Of a stretch of DNA of 64,000 bases, positions 19,341 to 29,537 are shown in pieces. The stretch covers positions 224,001 through 288,000 of the forward strand of contig CAXXTH010000018.1 in NCBI GenBank assembly GCA_963668025.2, in the 5' to 3' direction. The DNA is from Candidatus Hydrogenedentota bacterium (GTDB lineage Bacteria; Hydrogenedentota; Hydrogenedentia; Hydrogenedentales; SLHB01). A model generated the notes under the pieces. The model was not told where the DNA came from. It did not search any database and saw only the letters and a program-made list of their open reading frames with translations. Numbering within the stretch: position 1 is the first letter of the stretch; each line of letters starts with the position of its first letter. A program made the translations under genes and the position numbers.

Positions 19341-19679
19341 ATGGCGGTGCGGATTGCTATCACGAGCATAGACAATGTGCTGGTCGAACAGCACTTTGGC
19401 GCAGCGGTGCGTTTTCAAGTATATGAAATCGGAGCAGGTGAATACCGCTTCATAGAAGCGCGCGACACATCGCCTTCTTGTGATCGTGGCGAAACCAACG
19501 CCGCCAGGAGAATCCATCACGTGCTTGATGCGCTTTCAGACTGCACGGCCGTGCTGGCGAGCTGCATAGGCCCATGCGCCGCCCAGGAATTACAGGCGCG
19601 AGGAATGCGCTATTACATCACGTATGAATATATTGAAACAGCACTGAGAAAATTGATAACGCAAAAAGTATTCGCTTAG
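19341..19679 (+). CDS. NifB/NifX-family cluster-binding protein
   Basis: RIAITS..VEQHFGAA..F.VY, LSDCTAVL..IGP. Confidence 0.85.
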   Translation: MAVRIAITSIDNVLVEQHFGAAVRFQVYEIGAGEYRFIEARDTSPSCDRGETNAARRIHHVLDALSDCTAVLASCIGPCAAQELQARGMRYYITYEYIETALRKLITQKVFA

Positions 19680-19694
19680 CGGAAAGGGGTTGCA

Positions 19695-20570
19695 ATGTCG
19701 AAGAAGATTAAACAAGTGGCGATTTATGGCAAGGGCGGAATTGGAAAATCCACGACGACATCGAATATCAGCGCGGCGCTAGCCGTGGCGGGCTACCGGG
19801 TTATGCAGTTCGGCTGCGATCCCAAGAGTGATTCCACCAATACATTGCGCGGCGGGCATTATATCCCAACCGTTCTGGATTCTTTGCGCGAACATGAAAA
19901 TGTCCGTCCCGAGGAAGTGGTTTATCAAGGCTTCGGAGGCGTTTACTGTGTGGAAGCAGGCGGGCCAGCGCCCGGCGTGGGTTGCGCGGGGCGCGGCATC
20001 ATCACTGCAGTGGATTTGATGAAACAGCTCCATGTCTTCGAGGACCTCGATATCGATATCGTGATTTATGATGTCCTTGGAGACGTAGTATGCGGCGGAT
20101 TCGCCGTGCCCATCCGGGAAGGCATCGCCGAGCATGTATTCACGGTGTCTTCCGCGGACTTCATGGCCATCTATGCGGCGAATAACCTGTTTAAAGGCAT
20201 TCGGAAATACTCGCATGCTGGCGGCGCACTCTTGGGTGGTGTCATCGCCAACTCGATCAACAAGCCGTATGCACGGGACATTATTGATGACTTCGTATTG
20301 CAGACAAGCACAAAAGTCATCGAATATGTGCCCCGCTCCGTGACCGTGACCCAAAGCGAATTGCAAGGTAAAACAGTCATTGAAGCTGCTCCGGCGTCCG
20401 AACAAGCGCGCATTTATAGCAGTTTGGCTGAACGGCTTGTTCAGCACACCGATTCGCGCATCCCCACGCCTCTCGAAAACCAGGGGCTTCGGGAATGGGC
20501 GGAAAAATGGGCCGAAGTGCTGTTGTCCATCGAAATAGGAGAAGTGCAGGGAACCGCCGCCAGTATCTAA
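19695..20570 (+). CDS. Nitrogenase iron-protein-like ATPase, MarH-like
   Basis: YGKGGIGKSTT, GCDPKSDST, EAGGPAPGVGCAGRG, DVLGDVVCGGF; MQFGCDPK..NTLRGG and IAEHVFTVSS recall MarH rather than NifH. Confidence 0.9.
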   Translation: MSKKIKQVAIYGKGGIGKSTTTSNISAALAVAGYRVMQFGCDPKSDSTNTLRGGHYIPTVLDSLREHENVRPEEVVYQGFGGVYCVEAGGPAPGVGCAGRGIITAVDLMKQLHVFEDLDIDIVIYDVLGDVVCGGFAVPIREGIAEHVFTVSSADFMAIYAANNLFKGIRKYSHAGGALLGGVIANSINKPYARDIIDDFVLQTSTKVIEYVPRSVTVTQSELQGKTVIEAAPASEQARIYSSLAERLVQHTDSRIPTPLENQGLREWAEKWAEVLLSIEIGEVQGTAASI

Positions 20571-20776
20571 TGTTTCATTCTCCTCAAAAGCGTCTTCCGT
20601 TGTCTGCCACTGTTGGGTAGAGCTTGCCCCACCGTTCAAGGTTTGAGCTTCCCCCGCATCAGCCAGCTTGAGTGCTGCAAGTTTTGCTTGTTTGCTGGCA
20701 GGCATTCATGGTATTGCATCGCGGCGAAACAAGAAGCCTTACGGTGAATAACATGAACCGCTTTGGAGAAAATACC

Positions 20777-21673
20777 ATGAAGCCTGGCTACGCCCGCATC
20801 TATACGCGGGATGATGATACATTCCATATTCTTCAGATTACGGACCTTCATACGGATCAAAGCGAAGAAGCGAACACGAAGACCTGGAACGATATTCACG
20901 CCATGTGCGCACAGTTCCAGCCGGATTTCCTGGCTGTGACGGGCGATATCTGGTGCGGCGATGCGCGCCCAACAGAAGCGCCATCATGGATGGCCCGGGA
21001 TATCGAGCGTATCGGTGCGCTGGGCATTCCATGGGGTTTCGCCTGGGGCAATCATGACTGGGGCGTTGACACTCCCGCAGCCCAGCGGCAAATCGCCGCC
21101 GCACCCAACGCCGTGGTTCCCGAAGGCGACGGCCAGGGTAATTATCGCGTGGAAATCGTTTCGCCCCAGGCCAGCGAATGCTTGTGGGATCTCTTTTTCC
21201 TCAATTCACACACAATATGCCTGCTCCCCGAGGATGTGGCCTGGCTCGCGGAAGAAGCCCAGCGGCTGCGCACGGCGCGCGGCCGCACAGTTCCAGCAAT
21301 CGTCTTTTTCCACATCCCCCTGCTACAATACGAAACCGCACGCGCCGAAGGGCGCATCCATGGCCCCGGGCCGGAAGACGTGGCTTATTGGGGAGACGAT
21401 GGGACGCGCATCGAGGGCATCCAGCGCGCGGGCAGCGTGCGCGCCTGTTTCGTGGGCCATAGCCACCGCAATGATTTTTGGTTCGAGGATGGCGGCATCG
21501 TGTTCGCGTATGGCCGCGCCACGGGCCATGGTGGGTATGGCGGCGAGGAACTGCCCAAAGGCTGCAAACTGATCAAGCTGGGCGCTGAAAGCGCGTTCCA
21601 GTTCGCCACGGTGTTTCCCAATGGCCGAAGCGAAAACCACGCCATGTTCGGCCTCATGGGGTCGGATACATGA
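20777..21673 (+). CDS. Calcineurin-like metallophosphoesterase
   Basis: TDLH, TGD, GNHD, FFHIP, GHSH; GGAG RBS before ATG 20777 (track start 20672). Confidence 0.85.
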   Translation: MKPGYARIYTRDDDTFHILQITDLHTDQSEEANTKTWNDIHAMCAQFQPDFLAVTGDIWCGDARPTEAPSWMARDIERIGALGIPWGFAWGNHDWGVDTPAAQRQIAAAPNAVVPEGDGQGNYRVEIVSPQASECLWDLFFLNSHTICLLPEDVAWLAEEAQRLRTARGRTVPAIVFFHIPLLQYETARAEGRIHGPGPEDVAYWGDDGTRIEGIQRAGSVRACFVGHSHRNDFWFEDGGIVFAYGRATGHGGYGGEELPKGCKLIKLGAESAFQFATVFPNGRSENHAMFGLMGSDT

Positions 21674-22818
21674 ATGCTCCCGCCAAACAAAAGAATACGC
21701 GCGACGTAGCGCTTATCTCCGCCGCGTTTTTCTTCGCCTTCATCGGCACGGGCGCAAGCCAGCCCTTTATCATCGACTATGTTGCGGAGGCGAAAAGCAT
21801 TCCTCGGGAGCAAGCCTCGCTCGTGCTCGCCACGGTATATTTCTCGTTTCTTTTCTTCCGTTTTTTCAGCGATTACGTCATCCGTTTCCTAGGCGTCCAT
21901 CGCGCTAAAATCATAGGCGCAGCCGCGTATGCCCTGTTTCCACTGCTGGTGCGGTATGCGCCGTCCTTGCCGTGGCTGCTGGCGGGAAGCTGCTTCTGGG
22001 GATTGGGAGCGATGTTATTGTGGAACAGCTCACTCGTCCAGGTGATGAATACCTCCGCACCGGAGCGGTATAGCGCCAGCACGGGCTATGTGCGCGGGAC
22101 CGTCGTTATCGCGAATTTCCTCGGGGCTTATCTGCTGTCCTTTATTTATGCCCGCCGGGGATATGAAATCCTTCTGTATGCGGCCGCGTTGCTGGGTGCG
22201 GCGGGCATCATATTCATGCTGTTATCGCCCCGGCGCGTCATCGAGGTGGCCAAACCCCATCCTCGCCGTTTTATCGCCCTGATGCGCGAGGGAGACCCCC
22301 TTCTCGTCGGCCTGCTATTTCTCTGCTCCGCCATGGCGTATGGCATCGTGTTGAATGGAATCAAAGGCCATATCGAAGCGGTGAACGGCAAATTCTGGCT
22401 TGAATGGACTATGCCCGCATTCTGGATTGCGGGTATTGTGGCGAATTTCGGCGGCGGGCGCTATTGCGACCGGGCAGGACGGTGGCCGGTTATGATCGCG
22501 GGCTTCACCGTGGGAGCGGCGGGCATGCTGCTCCTTGCCCTCAGCCTTCATCCCCTGGTTATCATGGCCGCCCTGGCTTGCCTGGGCTTTCAACTATCTA
22601 TCGTGCCCTTATCCGTGTTTGGCTGGATAGGCGACCGCGCGGGCCACGCGGAACGCACTGCGGTAGTCGGCTATATCTTTTGCTTCAACGACCTAGGCGT
22701 CGCATTATCCATACAGATGCGCGGCTTGTTCCCCTCCGTGCCCGCCGCCGCTTGGGCTTTTTTCGCGATCTACCTATGCTGCGCCATAGCGGCCCTGGTA
22801 GTGCATATGCGCAAATAA
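21670..22818 (+). CDS. MFS transporter
   Basis: ~12 TM segments, GGRYCDRAGR motif; ATGA overlap with upstream gene. Confidence 0.8.
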   Translation: MNAPAKQKNTRDVALISAAFFFAFIGTGASQPFIIDYVAEAKSIPREQASLVLATVYFSFLFFRFFSDYVIRFLGVHRAKIIGAAAYALFPLLVRYAPSLPWLLAGSCFWGLGAMLLWNSSLVQVMNTSAPERYSASTGYVRGTVVIANFLGAYLLSFIYARRGYEILLYAAALLGAAGIIFMLLSPRRVIEVAKPHPRRFIALMREGDPLLVGLLFLCSAMAYGIVLNGIKGHIEAVNGKFWLEWTMPAFWIAGIVANFGGGRYCDRAGRWPVMIAGFTVGAAGMLLLALSLHPLVIMAALACLGFQLSIVPLSVFGWIGDRAGHAERTAVVGYIFCFNDLGVALSIQMRGLFPSVPAAAWAFFAIYLCCAIAALVVHMRK

Positions 22819-22861
22819 AGCCAGTCCAAACGCTACATTAGCTTTGGATCCTCATATGGAG

Positions 22862-24226
22862 CTATTCATTTAAAAACAACTCAATCACTGGAATTTCCGT
22901 ATTCGGCTTGATAACAGGCAGGCTCAGATTAAGATCATTTTTAGCTTCTTTTGGTTCGTTTTCAGACTGTTCAATGATCTTGATCTCAGATCCGTCGTGC
23001 AGGAATTGTGCATAATTGATTTTGCCCTTGTAATTGGGCAGTCTTAAATTTTGAAGCGGATAATCAATCAAATGAATGTACAAGCGGTTTGTTTTGGGAT
23101 TGTAAGTCAATAGGCTATGCTCAGGAGCTTCAAATGCCGCCGGAGCTTGGGTGCAACCATAAATGGACCTGCTGTTATGCGCCATCCACTTCCCTATAGA
23201 TTCAAGCGCCTGATCGGCCCGCCAATCGAATTCACCCCTTGCCGTAGGGCCCACATTCAGCAAAATATTTCCGCCTTTGCTCACTGTTTCTATCAAAAGA
23301 ACCAAAAGTTGCTGCGTATTTTTCCACGTGTTCTCGTCCCGGTGGTATCCCCATGAACCGCTGAATGTCTGGCAGGTCTCCCAGGGAACTTGCTTCCCGT
23401 TAATCTCAGGCCATTTGGCCACTTTATATTGCTCCGGTGTAATAAAGTCCCAGCCACCCTCATAATCGCTTAGGTTTAGCCGGTCGTTCACTATGATGCC
23501 CGGCTGTAATTCCCGGACCATTGCCAGTAAATTCTTGGAGTCCCAGTCTTTTTCGCCTTTGCCATATTCGCCCGGATACGAGAAATCGAGCCAGATGATA
23601 TCGATCTTCCCGTAATTGGCCAGAAGCTCACGCACCTGGTTATGAAGGTATTCCCGGTATTTATTCATGTCACGGCCCTTGTTTAGGTTTTCATATTCCT
23701 TGGGATCACCGGGCCGTTGAGGATGAATTTGGTCGATCGTGAAGTCAGGATGGTGCCAGTCGATCAGCGAATAGTAAAACCCGACGCCCAGCCCTTCCGC
23801 CCTAAAAGCATCTACATATTCTTTGATCAGGTCTCTGCCAGCAGGTGTGTTGGTGGCCTTATAATCGGTATACTTTGAATCAAAAAGGCAGAAGCCATCA
23901 TGATGCTTGGCCGTGATAACGGCATATTTCATTCCGGCCTGCTTTGCTTTTTTTGCCCATTCTTTCGGATTGTAGAGGTCTGGATCAAAATGCTCAAAAT
24001 ATTTTTGATACTCTTCATTGGTCATTCGCTCATTGTGCTTCACCCATTCATGACGAGCAGGCAAGGCATAGATGCCCCAATGAATGAACATCCCAAAGCG
24101 ATCCTGGGTCCACCACGCCATGCGTTCCTTTTTTTGTTCTTCAGTTTCCGTTCCCAGCCGGTTCTGTGCAGAAGCAGCTCCCCATACGGATAACATCACT
24201 ACACACGGGAGAATGATTTTTTCCAT
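22862..24226 (-). CDS. Alpha-L-fucosidase (GH29), secreted
   Basis: FGMFIHWG, KHHDGF, YYSLIDWHH, IIWLD, WETCQT, GGNILLNVGP; signal peptide. Confidence 0.93.
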   Translation of the reverse strand: MEKIILPCVVMLSVWGAASAQNRLGTETEEQKKERMAWWTQDRFGMFIHWGIYALPARHEWVKHNERMTNEEYQKYFEHFDPDLYNPKEWAKKAKQAGMKYAVITAKHHDGFCLFDSKYTDYKATNTPAGRDLIKEYVDAFRAEGLGVGFYYSLIDWHHPDFTIDQIHPQRPGDPKEYENLNKGRDMNKYREYLHNQVRELLANYGKIDIIWLDFSYPGEYGKGEKDWDSKNLLAMVRELQPGIIVNDRLNLSDYEGGWDFITPEQYKVAKWPEINGKQVPWETCQTFSGSWGYHRDENTWKNTQQLLVLLIETVSKGGNILLNVGPTARGEFDWRADQALESIGKWMAHNSRSIYGCTQAPAAFEAPEHSLLTYNPKTNRLYIHLIDYPLQNLRLPNYKGKINYAQFLHDGSEIKIIEQSENEPKEAKNDLNLSLPVIKPNTEIPVIELFLNE

Positions 24227-24317
24227 CGGTTACATTCCTGTTTATATTATCCGCGCCCCACTTACTGTATCAAAAGCACAAATAAATTACAGGACCATTT
24301 GCATTACGTCCCGAGGC

Positions 24318-24986
24318 CTATTTTCCGCTTTTTTTGAGCAGCGGTTCAAGCGGGCAGCATGCGCATTTGGGCGCGCGGCGGCAGAATTCCTTGCCCGTGT
24401 AGACAATCAGGCCGTGATACTCCTTGTATACATGCAGATCCGTTTCCAGTGCATGTTCAAAAAGCGCGCGCAGCTCTTCATATCCGATGGCCTGTTCGCA
24501 TAGCCCATGCCGGCTCAGAATCCGCCGGGTGTAAGCGTCCACCACGAAGACCGGCTTTTCGCAGGTGTATAACAAGATATCATCCGCCGTTTCCGGGCCA
24601 ATGCCAGGCACGTGGAGCAATTCGGACCGTAAAGATTCAAGAGGTTCTTCGGCCATGCGCGCCATCGAGCCACCGTAACGTTCCACTAGATATTGGCAGA
24701 AGGCGCGCAGCCGAACGCTCTTGACCCGGAAGAAGCCCGAAGGCCGCAGATATCCGTGCAGCTCTTCCTCCAAGCATTCCAGAATCGCCCCAGGCGACAG
24801 CATGTCCGCCTGCTTCAGATTCTCGATGGCGCACTCGACATTGCCCCAGGCCGTATTCTGCGTGAGAATAGCCCCAACGGCGATCTCAAACGGCGTGTCG
24901 CCCGGCCACCAATGGGTAGGGCCGAAATGGGCTTCGAGCCGCTGATATATCTCACGCAGCATGCCGCGCGCACTGGCTGGCCTCAC
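24318..24986 (-). CDS. Endonuclease III-like HhH-GPD DNA glycosylase with Fe-S motif
   Basis: WWPG, GAILTQNT, PGIGPETAD, VDAY, CRRAPKCACCPL. Confidence 0.88.
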   Translation of the reverse strand: MRPASARGMLREIYQRLEAHFGPTHWWPGDTPFEIAVGAILTQNTAWGNVECAIENLKQADMLSPGAILECLEEELHGYLRPSGFFRVKSVRLRAFCQYLVERYGGSMARMAEEPLESLRSELLHVPGIGPETADDILLYTCEKPVFVVDAYTRRILSRHGLCEQAIGYEELRALFEHALETDLHVYKEYHGLIVYTGKEFCRRAPKCACCPLEPLLKKSGK

Positions 24987-25885
24987 TTGCCTTCGGCCTT
25001 CTTCAGTGTGACCGGCGCTTCCACGCCCTCACCGATTTCCTTGACGAGATCACCCAGATTAACGGCAAACTCGATATGGCCCGAGCTTTGCACCATCGCT
25101 AGTTTGCCGCTTTTTTCGACATCACTGTACGTGTTTTTGTATGGCGCGGTGAAATGGGCCTTGCCAATCGTGACATCAAGCAGCCCATCCCGCTTCAGAC
25201 CCGCTTGCGCCATGTCCTCTTCGGTGATATTCGAGACCATGTTGCCATAATCATCCACCCGGTAGATGGCTCCCGTAATGGCCCCATCCTTTATGGTGCA
25301 ACGGGGTATATCAAGCTTGATCATATCCGTTATGATCGGGCCTACATCCTCATACGAGCGGCCACTGGCCAGGCTGGCCGAAATGGGGCCGAAAATATCA
25401 CGCCCATGAAACGTGGAAGAAATGCCCCCTTCCCGCCAGTACGCATGGTTCGTGCATTCCCGCACTTCCTTGACGCCTTGCTGTTGAGCCACAATGGTCA
25501 GCAAGCCATTGTCCGGCCCCACATAAAAATAACCCGCGTCCGTTTCGAGCGCAATAGGCCGCCGCGCTGAGCCCACTCCCGGGTCCACGATACAACAAAA
25601 CACCGTGCCTTTCGGGTACAGCTTCGAAGCCTCGGCAAGCATGAACGACCCCGTCAGCACATCAAACGGAGGAATGCTGTTCGTGATGGAATCCACCCGC
25701 ACCTGCAAACTCTTCTCGTAGATCGCGCCTTTGATCTCGCCGACATATACGCTGTCCGCACCGTAGTCGGTATGCAAGATGACCAGGCCATTGGGCTTCT
25801 CCGCCCACGCGGCTCCCGCCAGCAGAATGGCCGCTAACAACATGGAAGCTGTACTTGTTTTCATGGGATGCTTCTCCATATCCAT
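24983..25885 (-). CDS. SAM hydroxide adenosyltransferase / SAM hydrolase (DUF62 family) with signal peptide
   Basis: TDYG, VDPGVGSAR, GPDNG, STFHGRDIF, DDYGN; N-terminal MKTSTASMLLAAILLAGAAWA. Confidence 0.85.
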   Translation of the reverse strand: MDMEKHPMKTSTASMLLAAILLAGAAWAEKPNGLVILHTDYGADSVYVGEIKGAIYEKSLQVRVDSITNSIPPFDVLTGSFMLAEASKLYPKGTVFCCIVDPGVGSARRPIALETDAGYFYVGPDNGLLTIVAQQQGVKEVRECTNHAYWREGGISSTFHGRDIFGPISASLASGRSYEDVGPIITDMIKLDIPRCTIKDGAITGAIYRVDDYGNMVSNITEEDMAQAGLKRDGLLDVTIGKAHFTAPYKNTYSDVEKSGKLAMVQSSGHIEFAVNLGDLVKEIGEGVEAPVTLKKAEGK

Positions 25886-26234
25886 ATGCTTTCCTAGCGA
25901 TTGGCGTTCCGTGAATGCCAGAGTCTACATCAGACGCCCACGAGAATGCATCTGGAATGCATAGCCCGGATTCATCCCTCTATTCAAACTTCATTTGCCA
26001 CTTGATCTTCCCTGTGGCGGGACTGTCAATGACCAGCGTCGTAAGGCCGCAAGAGGGATTGTCGTTTCGCTCAATTGCAGCCCTAGCTCCATGGGCCTTA
26101 CAGCGTAATGGCATATGGCCGTTAGTCGCAATGGTGATTTTGCTGGGCTGGCCGCCTATTACCTGAGACTGGCCAGCCAAGGTGCGTGTCAAACCGTGCC
26201 AGCGGCAGTTTTCATCACCTTGCATACTCTGGTT

Positions 26235-27604
26235 GGGTGTTCCCGCAGAATGCTAAAGAAATCCTCGTGTCGGGTCGATAAGTATGCCGGACCCTTAACG
26301 GAGGAAGACCGATGGCAGCGATGGTGACAAGGCGCGACGGCGACACGTTCGAGGTGAGTTTCTCGCTGAGGCTGCGTGGTTCGATGCTCGATATGGAGGA
26401 GGCGGTCCAGGAGGCCCTGAACGGGGTGGGGCGCGCAGTCATGGCCGAGGCCCTGGCCCGTTTCGACACAGACGGCTCGCCCATCCGCGTCGGCGCCACC
26501 ACCTTCAAAACCAAGGGGCGCTTCGGCCAGACCTACGAGACGCCCCACGGCCCGGTCCGCGTCGAGCGGCACGTCTACCAGAACACCGCCACGGGCGGGC
26601 GCACCTTCTGCCCGCTGGAGCGGGACGCGCGAATGGTCATGAACGCCACGCCGCGCTACGCCCGGATCGTCAGCGGAAAATACTCCCGCATGGGCGCCGA
26701 TGTCATGCGCCGCGACCTGCTCGAGTCGACAGGCCGCGCAATCTCGCGCGACTATGTGAAGAAGATCGGCGATTTTGTGGGCGCCCTGGCGCAGGCCAGG
26801 GAGGAGACGTGGGAGTACGAGCTGCCGGAATTGGACAGGCCGGTCGCGTCGGTGGCCGTGGGCCTGGACGGCACCTGCATGCTGCTCAGGGAGGACGGCT
26901 GGCGTCAGGCGATGTGCGGGTCCATCAGCCTGTACGACAAGGACGGGGAGCGGCTGCACACGATCTACGCGGGCGCATCGCCCGAGTACGGCAAGCAGAC
27001 TTTCCTCGAGCGCTTCGGCCGCGAGGTGGAGCGCGTGAGGGCGAGGCACCCGGCGGCGCTGTATATCGGCCTGGCCGACGGCGCGCCGGACAACTGGAAG
27101 TTTTTGACGCCGCGCACGGACCGGCAGATGCTGGATTTCTATCACGCGCGGGAATACGTGGGGAAGGCGGCGGAGGCGATTCACGGTCATGGCGCGCGCC
27201 GCCGGGAGTGGGAGGCGGACTGGAGTCACCGGCTGAAGCACACGAGGGGCGCAGCCGGACGCTTGCTGGAGGAGATGAAGGCGAGCTTGCCAAGCGTGCG
27301 CGCCCAGGCTTGCCGCGAGGAACTCGGCAAGGCGATCACCTACTTCGGCAATCACCGCTCGAAGATGCAATACTGGCGGCACACGGCGGAGCGCCTTCCC
27401 ATCGGCAGCGGAGTGACGGAGGCGGCGTGCAAGACGCTGATCAAGCAACGCCTGGCATGCTCCGGGATGCGGTGGAAGGAAGCGGGCGCGAGCGCGGTGA
27501 TCGCGCTCAGGTCGCTGGAGATGACCGAGGGCCGTTGGGACCAGTTCTGGCAACACGTGGCCCGCCACGGGGTCAATTGAGGTTATCATATTGAGGGAGC
27601 ACCC
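26235..27604 (+). mobile_element. IS element, ISKra4/ISLre2-like, 1370 bp, copy 1
   Basis: TIRs GGGTGTTCCCGCA / TGAGGGAGCACCC; TSD CTCTGGTT (26227-26234, 27605-27612). Confidence 0.92.
26312..27580 (+). CDS. DDE transposase (ISKra4/ISLre2-like)
   Basis: LDGT, ADGA, LDFYHAREY, PIGSGVTEAACK, SGMRW. Confidence 0.92.
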   Translation: MAAMVTRRDGDTFEVSFSLRLRGSMLDMEEAVQEALNGVGRAVMAEALARFDTDGSPIRVGATTFKTKGRFGQTYETPHGPVRVERHVYQNTATGGRTFCPLERDARMVMNATPRYARIVSGKYSRMGADVMRRDLLESTGRAISRDYVKKIGDFVGALAQAREETWEYELPELDRPVASVAVGLDGTCMLLREDGWRQAMCGSISLYDKDGERLHTIYAGASPEYGKQTFLERFGREVERVRARHPAALYIGLADGAPDNWKFLTPRTDRQMLDFYHAREYVGKAAEAIHGHGARRREWEADWSHRLKHTRGAAGRLLEEMKASLPSVRAQACREELGKAITYFGNHRSKMQYWRHTAERLPIGSGVTEAACKTLIKQRLACSGMRWKEAGASAVIALRSLEMTEGRWDQFWQHVARHGVN

Positions 27605-29286
27605 CTCTGGTTGATGGCGTGTTTTAAGGACAGGAATTGTGGATGGTCTTGAGCTTCACGAATGGAAAACAACCGAATCTCGCCAGGCTGTAGCACTTCC
27701 TGTAAACATGCCGAACCGTTCATGCGCCCCACCAAACACTCGCTGCTGATATCGTAAACATAATATGCCTTAAGAGGATTCAGCCGGAGTCCGCCAATTG
27801 CGGCATCGCCAGACAAATGAACACTGACCAGTGCCGGAAGCGGGAGGCCCGAGAAGCGCTCTTTACCAGGAATCATCATCCCATCGCCTGGCCAAACGCC
27901 CCCTGTTGGCGGGGAATTATACAAAGTGACCATATGCCAAGTTGGATCGACTTCAAAATCATACACATTCGAATTCCGGTTCACTGTATCGGCCTGGGCC
28001 GCGCCCATGGAAAGCAAGGCAATCTCATTTACCATACAGTTCGTCACCTGGGTACATGCGCGGCTGTTGCCATCCGACCATAGCTTGGCTCCAGGCTGGA
28101 GTCCAATATCTCCCGCGAAATCACAATGGTCTACATTAAGAATTGGAGCGGCTGATGGTTCTTCCGTCAAATAGATAAACGAAGACGAACAGCAATTCCA
28201 AAAAGCGCAATAACTCAAATTGACCGTTGGTGAATTGGGATGGATAAAGATCGACCATTCGCCAGCCTTTTCGAAGGTCGAGTGGGTGGCATTGACCGTT
28301 CCGGCGCTGATGGTGATGTGCCGTCCGCCATATTTAAATGTAGTTCCATCTACATTCACCGTACAACCGGCATTCGGATTGTAGATATACTGGCAAGCGC
28401 CACCCTCGATTGACGCGCCAAACCGGCAGTTTTTTATGTTAAGCGTGGCGCCGGTGTTGGCTGCCGGGCAACTGTATACCGCGAAGGGATTATTACTGCC
28501 ACTCGCGATATCGAAGAAGTCACAATTGTCGACGATGGTCGTGCTGTTGGTGGCATTATTGGTAATCAGCCCGCCGCCTTTCCACTGGTTTTGGCCATTG
28601 GCATCCGCGCCGGTGAATACGCAATGCTCAATCCTGAGTGTCGCGCCATTGGGCATGGTATTCGATGTGATGCAATAGATGCCATCTTGCCTCGACCGCA
28701 TGATGAGCGGGCCGCCCTCGTTTGTGCCGATCTGGACCCCATCGGCGGCCGGGGCCAGGCCACCCCAAGCTTCTTTCTGCTCCATATTGATCACGGGCAT
28801 CTGGCCGGTCTTGGCGCACAATGTCATTCCCGCTTTCCACTGGCTCTGGATCGCATGCGTTTCGGAATAGACCAAGCTGTCCTGAATCTCGATGATATCA
28901 CCTGGTGCGGCGTTGCCTATCGCCGCACTCAAGACGCCTTCGCCACCGCCACTGACCGGCACAACCGCGCCATGGCCCGCGAGTGTCAACCCCGTCCAAA
29001 TGAATGCACACAACATTCCCACTCGCTTATTAATATTCATTCTATCGCTCCTCAATCGGCTCCAAGTATCAACCGAGATGGATATATCCAGATTTCGTGG
29101 CCTTTGTAATCAGTACCCTACACTCCAGCTTCTACAAGAAAAAATAAGAAGTTTTTCGCCTACAGACGCAAGTAACTTTTTTTTACAATTTTTCGGCGAG
29201 TGCTAAAATCGCCAGATTCATGGCGTTTTATTGGCCGATGGCCAATATCCGCGCCCCGGTATAAAGCGGCCTCAAAATCCAGCTTG

Positions 29287-29418
29287 TTGATTGCGGTTAT
29301 GCCGCGCATTGAACCTTGTATTCTTTGCGGCTTCGTGGCTTTGCGTGAAATATACTATTGAAGATTGAACATGATACTACCACCCGTACGCCCAACCAAT
29401 TCATACTCACGCAAAGCC
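29287..29418. repeat. Extragenic palindromic/short-period repeat element, copy 2
   Basis: TTGATTGCGGTTATGCCGCGC resembles the reverse complement of 11037-11058; 12-bp IR GGCTTTGCGTGA (29337) / TCACGCAAAGCC (29407). Confidence 0.45.
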
Positions 29419-29537
29419 GCCAAGAAGAATGCAAAGGTAAACGTGGATAAACACTGTTATGCCGTTCCATTGGGTTATGGGCAACGCCCATGCCAGGTCC
29501 ACTTAACGAACGTCGGGACAGCGGTGCCCATTCTCGA

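Larger units (their letters stand above)
25980..29040 (-). pseudogene. Secreted beta-helix protein with a glycosidase-like C-terminal domain, interrupted by the IS at 26235-27604
   Basis: Removing the IS plus one TSD gives the in-frame join ..LKHAINQ-SMQGDENCRW.. (~560 aa). The C-terminal third is paralogous to the C-terminus of 29538-32123. Confidence 0.85.

Noticed and set aside
12111-20570. Canonical nitrogen-fixation (nifHDK/ENB) cluster
   Set aside because: Only one D/K pair, no NifD HSWDY-type His motif, no nifEN/nifV or PII genes; the Fe protein looks MarH-like and the context is sulfur metabolism
24983-25885. Fluorinase/chlorinase
   Set aside because: Has DPGVG..R and TFHGRD motifs typical of the hydrolase (DUF62) branch and no halometabolite context
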